Positions 13,887-28,045 of a stretch of 64,000 nucleotides of DNA are shown here, one piece after another (the stretch's first letter is position 1; each line of letters begins with the position of its first letter). This DNA comes from Eledone cirrhosa (Eukaryota): positions 70,804,001 through 70,868,000 of the forward strand of contig OZ024745.1 of assembly GCA_964016885.1 (NCBI GenBank), written 5' to 3'. The position numbers and the translations under genes are program-made. The notes under the pieces were generated by a model that was not told where the DNA came from, ran no database searches, and worked only from the letters and a program-made list of their open reading frames with translations.

Positions 13887-13887
<1 letters not shown>
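13695..13887. mobile_element. Family C foldback copy in (TA)n
   Basis: Perfect 61-bp inverted arms 13763-13823 and 13827-13887. Homologous to 2811-2939. Confidence 0.8.
13826..13870 (+). ncRNA. Hammerhead ribozyme core (stem I 5' strand truncated by inversion)
   Basis: CTGATGA tttctaaagaat GAA ACAG ttctagtc CTGT A gaatct. Stem III has 4 bp; only ~2 bp of local stem I remain. Confidence 0.6.
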
Positions 13888-13935
<48 letters not shown>

Positions 13936-13959
13936 GTTTACATATATATATATATATAT

Positions 13960-14011
<52 letters not shown>

Positions 14012-14029
14012 ATATATATATATATATAT

Positions 14030-14076
<47 letters not shown>

Positions 14077-14093
14077 TGTATATTTATATATAT

Positions 14094-14131
<38 letters not shown>

Positions 14132-14149
14132 TTTTATATATATATAGAG

Positions 14150-14183
<34 letters not shown>

Positions 14184-14867
14184 ATATATATATATATATA
14201 TATATATTGTATATATATATATATATTGTGTATATATATATATTGTACCTTTTACCCTTTCTAGCAGTCTCTCTCTCTGTTAGCCTCCTCCTCAACTTTC
14301 ACTCACTCATTCTCTGTCACTACCTCTCCTCCTCCTCTTTCCTCCTCCTCCTTCAAGTTTGACCTGTGTGTAATTCTTTTCTCGCGCGGTCTTGGTCAAG
14401 CTGGTATGGAATTTTTTTCTCTCTCTCTCTTTCGTCTGCGACTTCACAAAACTTATGTTTACCGAATTCGTAGACCAGACCCCTTTATCTTCTTCTTCTT
14501 CTTCTTCTTTTTCTTCCCCCCCCCCCCCGATAGACCTGTGCGAAATTCTTTCCTTGCTCACATTTCAACCAGGTTTGATGGTCTTTTGTCTCTTGTTCAC
14601 GTTTTCACCGAGTTTATATTCATAGAGATCTGGGACTTGTCTATTTCTTCTCACTTTCCGTTGCTTAAACCTTTTTGTTTGTTACCCTAACGTCCCCTTT
14701 ATTTACGTGTCCCAACGACTTATTTTAGCCGTTGTTCGCACCAACCTGAGGCATATGGCCCTTAAAGCGATGAAATGCCTGGGACGGTTGGAGGGTCACT
14801 GATGAAGGACTTACTTTTTCATATCCACCACCATTTGCAACGCGCAACCATCATTATTATCATATTT

Positions 14868-14915
<48 letters not shown>

Positions 14916-15228
14916 GGAGCGAAAGACTTCTCGTCTTCATTAAGACATCTCTCTATGAGAAAGTCACTCTGATATAAAACCTGCGACTTCATTTGCATAC
15001 AATGATGTTGACCAGTTCATTTTGGGGGGCAAATGCATTCGATGTTCAGAGAGTGGGATTTGACCCATGCAATGCCTTTCCTCACTTAAAAAGCTTCAAG
15101 CTCAGGCATTCATCGCTTTATATGTGACTTTTTTTTTTTGCATGGTATTGCTGGCCATAGGTAAGTCCCTAGCACGACTAAAAAGTATCAAGCGATGGCA
15201 TTACTCGAAATCGAGTTGCGGCCATCAT

Positions 15229-15301
<73 letters not shown>

Positions 15302-16005
15302 GGAGGTGCGTGAATCTATCCATGTATATGTATTTGCTCGTTGCCATCGAGATTTCCCCTCTTCTAGGACACCAGACTGCCAGTTTCCTCCACAAAATCA
15401 AGAGGGGTGCAATTCGCCCAAAGAAATAACGAAGTTGAATGGTTATTGCAGACTGTATCGCTGGCTGTTCTCCTCGTCAGATGAGATGTTTCACTCAGCC
15501 AATGGTGTCCCCACATCACCTTATCTCCATTGCCTTCCTTTTCTTATTTATTCCTTCTCGTTTGTATATAAATACAACTGGATATGAAATTGATAAAAAC
15601 TGAGATTTCTCTTTATAAATGATACACACTTCCTAATGGTTCTCTCAAAGATATTAACAGCATTTCAAATAATAATTTATTATTCAATATCTCGGGAGAA
15701 AAAGAAACAAGGACATGGATGGATGTTTTTAGTTGATCCATATGTGTCAGATTTCTGAAAAGTTGTTTGGCTGGTAGGAAATAAAAAAATCAATGGTTGA
15801 TGATGATGATGATTATGGTAGTGGTGGTAGTGGTGGTGGTGGTGGTGGTGGTGGTGGTGGTGGTGGTGGTGGTTGTCATCACGATCCTCCTCATACCCAT
15901 CATCATCATCATCATCTACAAATGATATATGCACACTTAGCTCAATGTTTAACGTTTTCTAATATTTAAATATTATATTAACATTTTTCTTCTATATTTT
16001 CACTC

Positions 16006-16054
<49 letters not shown>

Positions 16055-16120
16055 TGTGTTTGTGTCATTATTTATGTATGTATATGTGTGTGTGTGTGTT
16101 TGTATCATTGTGTATGTGTG

Positions 16121-16261
<141 letters not shown>

Positions 16262-16958
16262 CTATGTACATAAATATATGAAACAATAAAACAATATTTC
16301 ACCAAATATACATGTAGTAGTTTTGGAATGGAATCAATGAAAGAAATAGATAAAGAAGGAAGCAGTCTCTTATAATGTCATATCTTAAGAGCTGTCAAGA
16401 AAAATACTTAGTAAATTAAATGTTTTTGCTGTAAAAGAAGTTGTCTAAGTCAATCAGTGGTGTCCATTGATAAGAGCGACCTACTCCACAGGATACTGTT
16501 TGTAACATCAAACTTATTCTTACTGTTTAGACAGGGCGTGAAAGATAGTGACCATGGCCCTTTTGAAGGGTTCCGAGACCGGTGTGGTATATAAGATACG
16601 GTATCCTTTGCCTGCATGCTTGTAACAGTGTGATATCTATTAAAGGTACCCAAAAATCATGTTGCGGTGCTAAGCAAACCGACGAATTAAGACATCATTC
16701 AAGTAGGCAACTGTAGGGTTTTAACTCAGAATAAACAGAGCCGAAAGAAATACTACAAGGCACCTTGTTCGCCGCTCAAACCATTCCGCTAATCCACCAA
16801 CTTGAACTTGTATAATTTCTGTGTTCAATTTCAAATGGTGAACAGCAAAGATGACCTTGGCTTGATTTGAAATCAAAGAGCAGAGAACCAAAATAAATAC
16901 TGTAAGGAATTTTGTCCTACGCTCTAATGAATCAGCGAATATGGTGACTATATATATG

Positions 16959-17011
<53 letters not shown>

Positions 17012-17801
17012 ATATATATATAACCATTTTCAAATTGTCAGTTATTGAACGCTAACCGTAAATAACCGTTTAGTTTCTCGTGTTAAAATGTCAATATATT
17101 TAAAACACCAATTATCACATTTATTTGTGTAATATATTTAATTATTTCTATATTTATTCATATATATCATTTAATTTTTTAAATTACTAAATCTACTAAA
17201 CTTGACTGTATGAGATCTGCTATTGAAAGTTGAAAGTTATTTTAGGGAAAAATCGGTAGATAGTAAGTGAATAAAAAGTAATTTCGTTGGTCGACTTCTA
17301 AGTTCAGTGGAAGACTAGCAGCGGAAATATTGTTAGATGGAATAGAAAACTTTAGAACCCTGCTGAGTTAAGAAGCATCGTTTTGTTTGTTTGCTTACTT
17401 TTTACTTATTTTCTTTAAAATATCTGTCTGTTAATGTTTCGAAAAGTAAACAGCCAAGAAAATGTTTCCTACCACCGTCTAGAACAATCTGTTGGAAATC
17501 TTAAATGTTAGAAAATGTTAAAATGAAACTTATCAATAAAAATTAGATCTGGTTCAAGCACATACCTCCACGAGAAAAATAATCAGAAGGAAAATAGGCT
17601 TTATATGTTTTATATATTACTTCCATTTCAAATACCTTCTCTCATTCATCTACTTTCACAAAGTTTACAAGTAAATCATTTTTACTTTAATTTCTTCGTT
17701 TCCAAAATATTTCTGATGCTTCAGTGTGTGTGTGAGTATGTGTGTGTGGGTGTGTGGGTGTGGGTGTGTATGTGTGTCTGTGTGTGTCTGTGTGTATGTG
17801 T

Positions 17802-17877
<76 letters not shown>

Positions 17878-18657
17878 ACTTTTTATCTTTTTTGTTTTGA
17901 ATGAAAAAAAAATCATTTATTTATCGATGTTGGTTTTCTCACTTCCCTAGCTTTGTCGATCAATGCAATAATTATTTCTTAATTTTGCACCCTCCCACTG
18001 CACATCCTCATGCAAGGCAGGTGAGCGACTGCAATCGATTGAATATTGCTATTTTTTGAAAGAATGGGATTGGAAAAGGAAGATCATATATATGCCAACG
18101 TGACTTAAGGATATTCGCCACCTATAGTAGCTTTTGTTTTAATTTCATCATTCTTTTAGTAGCTTTTTGTGTCTTTACAATTGATTAACAAATTAAATTA
18201 TCAATAATTCATTATTATCTCTCACCCCCCTACTCCCATGACAATCCACGTCTGCGTTCCCCCTCCTTCACCCCCACTAGCAGCATAAAAATAAAACATC
18301 CTACAGAAATTAAATTATTTTTTCCTATTTTTGTATGTTGCCTTTTTGTTTGCGCTATTTTCCTGTTGTTCTTTATTCCACTTTCTTTTATTGTTCATAA
18401 AGATTTCGAATGTTTTTAAGTGAACGAAAAAATTTTAAAATATGTTTTCCAAAATATTTTTATTTCCTACCATAGAAAATACACCTCTAAACGTTGCATT
18501 GCAGAACATCGTTAAAAGATTTTATTACAATTAATATTATATTTTACAAAGCTCATCGGACCTCTGTAGTAGCTCTACATCTCGATACTGACGTGAACCT
18601 AAACATCGAGTGCTCACCCGGGTGAGCCTACAGTAACTCCGTGCTACACTCCCTGTG

Positions 18658-18706
<49 letters not shown>

Positions 18707-18807
18707 CAGTAAGACCTATGGATTAAATGCTTTGTTTGCTTACATCCGTTTACGTGTTGACCTCAAATACTGAAGAATTTTTCTCAGTATACTTATTTAC
18801 TAATAAT

Positions 18808-18855
18808 TGTCTCTACTTTTGGCACAAGGCCAGCAACTACGCAGTGCATTACTGG
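18808..18855 (-). mobile_element. 5'-truncated family A SINE with TSD
   Basis: SINE 3' end flanked by tactaataat at 18798-18807 and 18856-18865. Confidence 0.8.
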
Positions 18856-19386
18856 TACTAATAATATATAAGGATCCGATTCAATTGACCCATAGATTAT
18901 CTCCTTCTCTAAACCTTTTAGAAATCCTTATATTATAATATGTAATAAACGACAATATTCTATATAGTTTAAATTTGAACTGTTATAGAAAGATTTACTT
19001 AATAAAATCTTTTATATAGTTTAAACGGGATATTGGCAACGTTAGACAAGACAGATAGGTATCGTTTTATACATCTCTTGTTGTTTAGTCATAGAAATAG
19101 TACAGCAATTATTACCTTTTCTTTGGGTCTTTGAGACTGGTGAAAGGTAAAAAGTTATTCGCAGATCGGAGACAAGGGCCAAATATCTTGAAACAGAATA
19201 GGTTGCGTTAAAAGAACTCAAAGGTGGGTGAAGGTGTTAAACTAGTTGACAGATTAAATTGTCTACCCAATATAATGCATACGATACATGTACAGTAAAT
19301 ACAAATAAATATATAAATAAAGAAGTGCTGATGTTCTCTCTTTCACTCACTGCCTCCGTCACTCTCGTTCTCCCCATCTCCCACTA

Positions 19387-19773
19387 TCATAAGAAAATGG
19401 GGATCTGCGCACTGGCCACCCAGTGGCCCTGGCGAACAGAAAAGGCGTTTTCCCGGAAGATAGTGAAGAAGGAGCGTTAGAAGAGCCATTGCAGCTCCCG
19501 ATGCTCATATCTGCGGGTAGCCAACTCCATGCCGATGGTTGTGAGTAGGGAGGTGTTGATAGGGCCAAGGACACCAGAAGTCTCCACTACTCCGGGCTCG
19601 ATCGGAAACCTGTCGGAGAGCGACCGATATTTAGAGAGTTTACGCTCCTCGGCCCGAAGTGCAGCTGAGCCTGGATTAGTCGCAGACTGCACCAGGTTGC
19701 CAATGGAGAAAGTGGCGCTGCAAGTGGCATACTAGATGAGGGGTTTACCACCACGGAACGAGAAGATGGTCAT
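19387..19773 (-). mobile_element. CRE-clade non-LTR retrotransposon fragment, restriction-like endonuclease (REL) domain pseudogene
   Basis: MTIFSFRGGKPLI*YATCSATFS..SATNPGSAALRAEERKLSKY..EPGVVETSGVLGP..IG..E.RELQWLF*R..I FRENAFSV matches the WD.T..DT / AA..AE..K..KY / ET.G..G / QR.S...RGNA pattern of CRE-type REL domains. Two in-frame stops. Confidence 0.85.
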
Positions 19774-20107
19774 GCATACGATTGAGAAAAGAGTAAATCT
19801 TTTTCAACTTAACAATGTGGAAACATTTAGTTGGTCTGAGAAAAGTGGGCCAGGAAGAAGAAAAAGAAGACAATAATTGTTTCTAATATATACGTATGAA
19901 CATGAATTTGGTTAGAGGGGTTCAAGAAAAACAAGTGGCAAAGTAAACGTCTATCGGATCTGAACTCAGCTTAAAATGGTAGATTTGCCCGATGATTTAC
20001 AGATTCAGCCGACTTTAAATGGACCGCCATTTAAAACAGGAAACTAATATAATATAGTAAAGAAGTTAACTTAGTTGAAGTGGTCAATAAAATATGTAAG
20101 AAACACA

Positions 20108-20206
<99 letters not shown>

Positions 20207-20823
20207 ACGAAAACGTATATATATATATATCCCTATACACATATGTATATATACAAAAATTCATACTACCACTTACATACATACTTACATATATATCTAA
20301 CTATACATACATGTACAACAAAATTCATAGACATATATATACATATATGCATATACATACACATATATACATAAACACGCACACATATACATATACAGGC
20401 ACACGCAATGTGTCGCTTACGTTTGATTCGGCTCCTTTAGCCATTTCTCCTACTCTCTCTCTCTCACTCAAACACCCTCTCTCTCTCCTCTACTCTCTCT
20501 CTCCCTCTCTCGTTATCCCTCTCTCTCTCTCTCTCTCTCGTATCTATATGACTGTCTATTTATGTTTCTCTCATCCTATTTCTTTCTTTCTGTCTCTCAT
20601 CTGAACATCTATTCTTCTCTCTCTTCTTTCCATGACTTCTCTCTGTCTCACTCTCACTGTCTCTCTCTATCTCTCCCTCTCTCTTTCTCTCTCTGTCCAC
20701 TTAATTATTTATCTATCTATCACTAACTATCTATATATCTATTTAGTAATCTATCTACTTATTTACCGATCTACCTATCGATTCATTTACCTCTCTGCGT
20801 ATCAATATATTTCTCAACCTATA

Positions 20824-20856
<33 letters not shown>

Positions 20857-21103
20857 ATCTAACACTATCTTTCTCTCTCTCTCTCACTATCTATCTACCT
20901 ATCCAATTCTCTATCTATATATGTGTATACATTTCTTACTTTCTATTTCACTCCAGCATCAATTCCCCTCCCTTCATTGCACTCACGTCTCTATCTCTCT
21001 TATCTACTTTTTCTCACTCTCTCCCTCTCTCTCTTTCCATCTCTCTCTCCCTCTCTCTCCCTCTCTCTCCCTCTCTCTCCCTCTCTCTCCCTCTCTCTTT
21101 CTC

Positions 21104-21184
<81 letters not shown>

Positions 21185-21900
21185 GTCTCTCTCTTTCTCT
21201 CTCTCTCTCTCTTTATTTATCTGTCTTTATTTCTCTCCCCTCCTCTCTCTCTCTCACTTTCTCTGCCTCCATTCATCACTATTTCTCTCTTTCTCTCAAT
21301 ATAAGTTTACACGTGAAAAACATCTAAGTTTATAGCATCCCTCCCCTCCCTTTCGTTTTTCTTCTTTATTTTAAAACTTCCTTTTCTTCACTCTTATTCT
21401 CTCTTCCCGCTTCTGTATTTCATTTCATCTATTCCACCTTGTCTCCTTGCCCTCCTTTCCTTCCCTCTCCCCTCTACCTATTTCATTCTTCCTCTCCCCC
21501 ATCTCTGTATCTCTCTCCACCCCCTTCTCTCTTTTCCTTTCTCTCTTTCTTTCTCTCTTTCTTACTCCACCTAGCTCCTCCCTCCCTCCCATCCCTCCCC
21601 TCCCAAACTCTCTTTCTCTCCAGTTTCCAACATCTTACTGCTAGAACGATTCTCTCATTTCGTCTTCCTTAGCTCTCCCCTCTTAATTCCTGCGATTTCC
21701 ACTTTTTTTTTTCAACAATTCACTGTGTCACGTACAATAGAGGTGATATTTTGCCGTTTCCCTCTTTTATTTACACACACAAACACATACACACTTATAT
21801 TGTCACTCACTCAAACACCCCCTCTTTCACACACACACACATATATATATACATTTATATATATATATATACATATATATCATATATATATATACTCACA

Positions 21901-21934
<34 letters not shown>

Positions 21935-22028
21935 GCCCATACATATACACACACACATACATACATACATACATACATAAATACATACATACATACATAC
22001 ATACATAATATATATATATATATATATA

Positions 22029-22069
<41 letters not shown>

Positions 22070-22230
22070 TATGTCGACACAAACACATGTACACGTAACG
22101 TATACGTAAAAAAAAAACTACTTTAAAACTTCATCAAGCATGTATATATTAATTCATAACATGGATTTTGATGACGCGATAATAACACGTTATGTCGGAT
22201 AGTTATGTGGGAGAGTTCCTATTACCTTAC

Positions 22231-22313
22231 CTCGCCAACCGAAGGAACTCGGAAATTACTTGGGGATATTGTTGCATTTACGACATGTATTCTTTGTAAC
22301 TTTTAATTCCTTC
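22231..22313 (-). other. Candidate 83-nt spliced exon (5' UTR or first coding exon)
   Basis: Minus strand: gtaac..ttttctctctctttag|GAAGG...GGCGAG|gtaagg. All three frames have stops, but an internal ATG opens MQQYPQVISEFLRLA to the donor. Confidence 0.55.
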
Positions 22314-22438
22314 CTAAAGAGAGAGAAAATGTTACAATACAAAAGAATGGACATTCACGTGTTTCTCGCAAAGTATTAAGGAACTTCACAACAATTTGAT
22401 TTGCGAAGAGAAAACAATGAAGTGAATTGACGGATATA

Positions 22439-22488
<50 letters not shown>

Positions 22489-22637
22489 GTATGTATGTAT
22501 TTATGTATGCATATTCATGTATGGTATGTATGTACATATCTATATAAGTTAATAGATACATTCGTGCATCCATACACGCTAAATATGACAGAGAAAAAAA
22601 TGTGACAACACATTCTGCCAAAATCAAATCTCCCTCT

Positions 22638-22675
<38 letters not shown>

Positions 22676-22805
22676 ATATATATATATTTATTATATATAT
22701 ATTTATATATATATATATTTATATATGTATATATAAATTTATATATATGTATATATAAATTTATATATAATATATATATAAATTTATTATATATATATAT
22801 ATAAT

Positions 22806-22842
<37 letters not shown>

Positions 22843-23567
22843 ATATTCCCATGTTTATTAGAATTCGTTAAAATCTAAATGAATTACACACACTCCACTT
22901 ATAATACCCTGGTTTATATTTTCAAACATCGCTATTGTGGAACATGTAATAATAGAAAGAAAGAGAATGAGAAGAGAATGAGAAGGAGGAAGTTGGGGGC
23001 TGGAAATGTAATATAATACATCAAATAGACAAAACATGGTTTTCAAAATATTTGTAGATGAAAAATAAGAGTAACAATAACAATTATATTATCAGTAGTA
23101 GGTAAAGAAAGTTTTGCGTGTTTTCATTTGGCTAAAAGTGAAAGATCACGAAAACTGACGGCGAAAAGGGGAGCAATAAGGGAATGATATGAAGTGTGGT
23201 ATTTTATTTTTATTTTATTTTTTAGTACAAATTGATAAAAATAATAAAACAAAAAAATATAACAACAAATCAAAAAAAAAAAGAAAGAAAAAAAATTTAA
23301 ATGTGTGAGTGAATGGAATGAAGAGAAGGTGTTTTCAACATGTTTTTAACGATTGACCATATAGGGGCGGAGAGAAACGGGATACAGGAAGAGGTAACTT
23401 GGAAAAGAACTTACAGATGAAGAAATGAAAAGATAAAAAAAATATAATGAATATCTATCAGAACCACCACATGGACGATATATCTCTCTCGTGAACTTCA
23501 ATTTTTTTTTTTAACTACTCAACTTTTAGTTAATGGCGTCTACGCATCTGCCGAATTCATTAATTTG

Positions 23568-23618
<51 letters not shown>

Positions 23619-23653
23619 TTATATATATATATATAGTATATACACACATATAT

Positions 23654-23701
<48 letters not shown>

Positions 23702-23822
23702 AACGTTTAAATATGTAAAGGGGATTTATATATACAAGCATCTATATATAACCAAAAACAGGTATAAAACGGAATATATGTAATACTTTTACATTTAATA
23801 CACACTTATATACAACTTTTAC

Positions 23823-25240
23823 CTGGTAAAAACACATGTAAAGCTTATACGTGATAAACTTATGCTTGATAAACACAAATATACAACTTTCGCCTGGGTA
23901 CTTTTGTTTCATGCTACTAAAGTGCACCTGGATCCAGGATGACATGTTATTTTTACACAATTTTATTGAAATGGAACAACTTTTATAAACAAATAATTGG
24001 AAAAAAATATTGAAAATTCTACCAATTTTGAGATGTTAACAGCTTTTTTTTTATAGAATGAAAAAAAGCGCAGAGACGTTGAGGACATTGAAGCTAATAT
24101 TATTATCAACAAAGTGACTTTGATTACTTTAAAGAGAGTTGATAAAAGGAAAATAATTCGATGGATGTAATTAAAAAGTTCTGTAGTGTGTAAAGGAGTG
24201 CAGGTGAGATGACGTGAAGAGCAAGGAATAGAAGAAAGACAGCTGGGAATCAAAACATGTTTTCGTAAAGAAATGGGAGTCGTGTTAAAAGAAGAAAAAG
24301 AAGAGCAACAATAAGAAATAGTAATGAAAATTATTGTTTGTTGTAATAATTAACCAAATATTTTCATCGAAGTTACTGCTACTACAAATATCAATTATAA
24401 GTATAGCCTATCATTTATATAATCTAGTCATTATAACAATTAATTTAAAAAAATACTAATTTATTATTATTATTATTACTATTATTATTATTACTATATT
24501 ATTATTATTATTACTATTATTATTATTATTTTATATTTAACACTAATGTCGTTCAAATATATTGATCAATAGGTCTTTAGTATTCTTCTTTCATGTTTAA
24601 TTTTTTTTATATATCAAAAAGATATTTTCCTATCTTCTTTCATTTGTTTCGAATTTTATTTTCGTTTTGTTTATTATTTTCATTTGTCAATAGAGAAGTA
24701 AAATTTCCTCATTATTTTATAGTTTTAAAAATTATCAAAATATTTTATTAAAATGTACGATCGGTAGCAGATGAAAATATCAAGATCCGTCGTAGTTAAC
24801 TTAATGTTATAGGGTTTGCTGAAATTTTCAAAACACAATGAAGAAACATAAGTATTTTCTTTTGCCATCCCCTTAACATAGTGGGGGAAACACAGTCAAG
24901 AAAATATAAACAAGCTCAAGAAAAGACTTCTTGAAATTAGGGAAACAAAGCAAAAAAAGAAAATTAATTACAAAATAACATTGTTGTTTTAAAATATATT
25001 CTATTGATAAAAGTAAGTGAAGTTTGTGAGAAGACTATGAAAGTTATAATTCACTTCAATAGTGCTTATAAAAAATAAGAAAAAAAGTTGTGATGGAGAA
25101 AAAAAGAAGCGCTAGTGGCAACTCGCTGGCAGAATTGGACTGTGAATATTCTCGCCCACGCTGAAAGCGAGATTCTAAATGAAAAAGGCAAACCGAAACC
25201 CAAGTCTGCATTGAACAGCACCCCTACAACAGGTAGTACT
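23823..25240 (-). other. Candidate first exon/promoter-proximal unique region
   Basis: Transposon-free unique sequence ending at a minus-strand donor CCAG|gtaaaa (23823), 1.5 kb upstream of the 22231-22313 exon. The 5' boundary is a guess. Confidence 0.3.
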
Positions 25241-26839
25241 TAGGACCTTTTTCCCTCTCTCTCTCTCTCGCTCTCTCTCTCGCTCTATCTCTATCTCTAT
25301 CTCTATCTCTATCTCTCTTCTCTCCTGTATTCCATCTATTTATCGCTCCTCACTCTATCTAAATATTTCCTTTCTCTCTTTCTCTCTCGTCTTTCTCGTA
25401 TATGTATATATATATATATTATATATGTCTGTGGGGGTGTTTGTATGATTATACTAAATATATATATACATGTAATGATTGTACGTATATATATTTATAT
25501 GTAATATATATATATATATGTGTGTGTGCGTGTGTATATACATGTATATATATGTATATATATATATATATAAACCTTCTTTGCTGTTCCTTAACAATAT
25601 ATCATTACCTCCCAACTATTGACTTTGTACATTGTTTATTGAGTTTCTTTATTTGTTTGTTTTTTTTTGTTATTTATTTTGAATTTTATGTTTTTTTATC
25701 TTAATATTTCTCAATTTCACTTTCGTTTTCAATTTATTCCATTGTTGATTTTGATTTTTCGTTTTACTAATGTATAATGATAATAATATCACTATCATCA
25801 TTAACAGCTTACAATAATAATAATAATAATTCAACATACATAACACATATTCTTAGAAAAATTAGTAATTGGTTACAACACTGATTTTTCGACACCCTTG
25901 GTCCCACGTATCCATTCTTTCTTTCGAACTTATAAATAAAATACTAAAAACATATTAAGAAGTTGGGAATTGTAAAAATATGAATGAGCAAATGTTTCAA
26001 ATGAAATCTAATGTCACGTGGTAAACTTCTAACCTGAATTAACTAGTCTGGAGTGTTGTAGGAAATTCGAAGGAATTTCATGGGGCCACTCATAATTATA
26101 TCTGCATTAAATGGGGAGCTGGGCAATCTGTAGGCGGCAAATCAGTGTTGTATCTTTAATAGGATGTTTAGTTACGATGTTATTGCTTTCATTAAAATAA
26201 CATTGCATTGCTTGTTTAAATTGTTCTTGTTAGTTTAGCTGTGTTGTTGTAACTGGTATTGTTGTGATCATCATCCTCATCGTTGTTGTAGTTGTTGGTG
26301 GTGTTGATGTTGTTGCAGTCCTTGTTAACTCACGTTTCTGGCTAACTCACCTTTAATTATTCATACTCATATTTCAGTCGTTCCTGAAGTAACCATCCTT
26401 TATAATTTGTTTCGGTCTTCTTTCTCAGCTTATTACATCTATTACATAGGAAGCAATGTCTTCGTAATTGTCTCTCTAATCTACAAGAAATAGCAACCAA
26501 ATTCCACTCAAATCACGTACTGCCGTTTTAGAAAGCAATTTATTAATTATCTGGGGTTTCCTGCTCATAGCAGAAAGAAAACTGGGACGACTTTGATCAT
26601 AGGTCTGCTGATCTGAGAAAACATATGACTAAGAACCTAAACATTAACAACACCATCAGTATGTACTACATATTTTATGAGGTGATGTATAAATATAACT
26701 TCTTTAACAAACTTTCCGCGCAGGAAAGTAAATCTCACGGAAAAAAAACATGTGGCATGCACAAACTTTGACCTCTTCCTCAAGGAATGACATTATTTCA
26801 GAAACTATACAGATGAAGACATTAAATATTTGTCCTCAG

Positions 26840-27870
26840 CATGTTGGATTAGCAAATGAGGTAGCACGTTGGACAAAATGCTTGAACATCTTTGCTCCTA
26901 AAATGTCTGCTTAAGTCTTCGGCTTGAATTAGAAGCCTGTATTACTTCTCTTTCGATGTTATTTGTTCCGGCTCTTTACGTACCAAGGTCAAACCAAACC
27001 CAGATTAACTTAGCCTTTCATCATTCTAAGGTCGATAAAATAAAGTATCAGTTAAGTAGTACTGGATAGATGTAATTGACATTTCCCTCCCTCAAATGTG
27101 CCTAAATTTGAAACCGTTATTATTGCATGAGAGGAATGGATTGGCAAACTCAGAAAAGTTGTGGTATATTCTTCTTGTAGTATCGAGTTATGCTGTTTAT
27201 ATTCTGATTTCCAATCCAGTCATGGTTCAACTTCACATGTCATTGATCTGCGATAGATCTGCGATAGATCTTCAAAACCTTGTGGCAAAATGTGTAAAGC
27301 CGGGGAACCCCATACTTGTGGTATTTAGATACGTCCCTTTACGTTATGAGTTCAAATACAGTCTCTGTAGAACTATTATCGATTGGCAAAATCAGTAGAG
27401 CAATGAGTTAATAAATATTCTTGCAGTATTTAGTTACAACTTTTTAAGTTCTGTGTTCAAATCAAAGCTAGCCAGTCGAAGTCAGCTTTGCATTTAATCT
27501 TTTAGTGGTAAATAAAATATAATTCTTCTAATGTTAGAAGCCATTGTTACCACAATTATTGGGGGTAGGGCTCTCTACGTTCTGTGTTCAAATTCCGCCG
27601 GGGTTCGCTTTGCTTTTCGTTATCACAGGGTCGATAAAATAAGCACCAGTAACGCACTAGGATCGATTTAATCGATTTCCCCCTCCCTCAAAATGTTTGG
27701 CCTTGAGCCTAAATCAGAAATCGCTATTATAATTAGTGGCAGTTGTTTGGTGCAATTGTTAGAGTGCCAGGAAAATGTTTGCGTTATTTGTTCCGTTTCT
27801 AAACTTTCTTAGTTCAAATCACGCCGAGGTCAAATTTTCGGTTAAAAAAGATAAAGTACCAGTAATATAT
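26840..27870 (+). mobile_element. Cluster of ~5 decayed family A SINEs, same orientation
   Basis: Repeated gttcaaat..gccg..ttt(c)at....gtcgataaaataa(a)gtaccag motifs near 27010, 27210, 27460, 27590 and 27815. Confidence 0.75.
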
Positions 27871-28045
27871 GATCGAGTTCAGACAAGATAAACTTGTGAT
27901 AAACAGGCAAAGCTCCAAAATAACAAGACTAACTATTTAGCCTGAATAAAATGAATATTATATATATATATACATGTGTGTCTTTATGTTTTATATATAT
28001 ATATATGTATTACTATCTATATATTTAGTGTTTGTGAGTCCTTTA

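Noticed and set aside
15460-15500. GAAAC...CTGACGA on the minus strand
   Set aside because: No pairing for stems I, II or III.
17309-17330. miR-7-like tggaagactag (and miR-279-like tgactagatc at ~379)
   Set aside because: Only the 5' 10-11 nt match, and there is no precursor hairpin.
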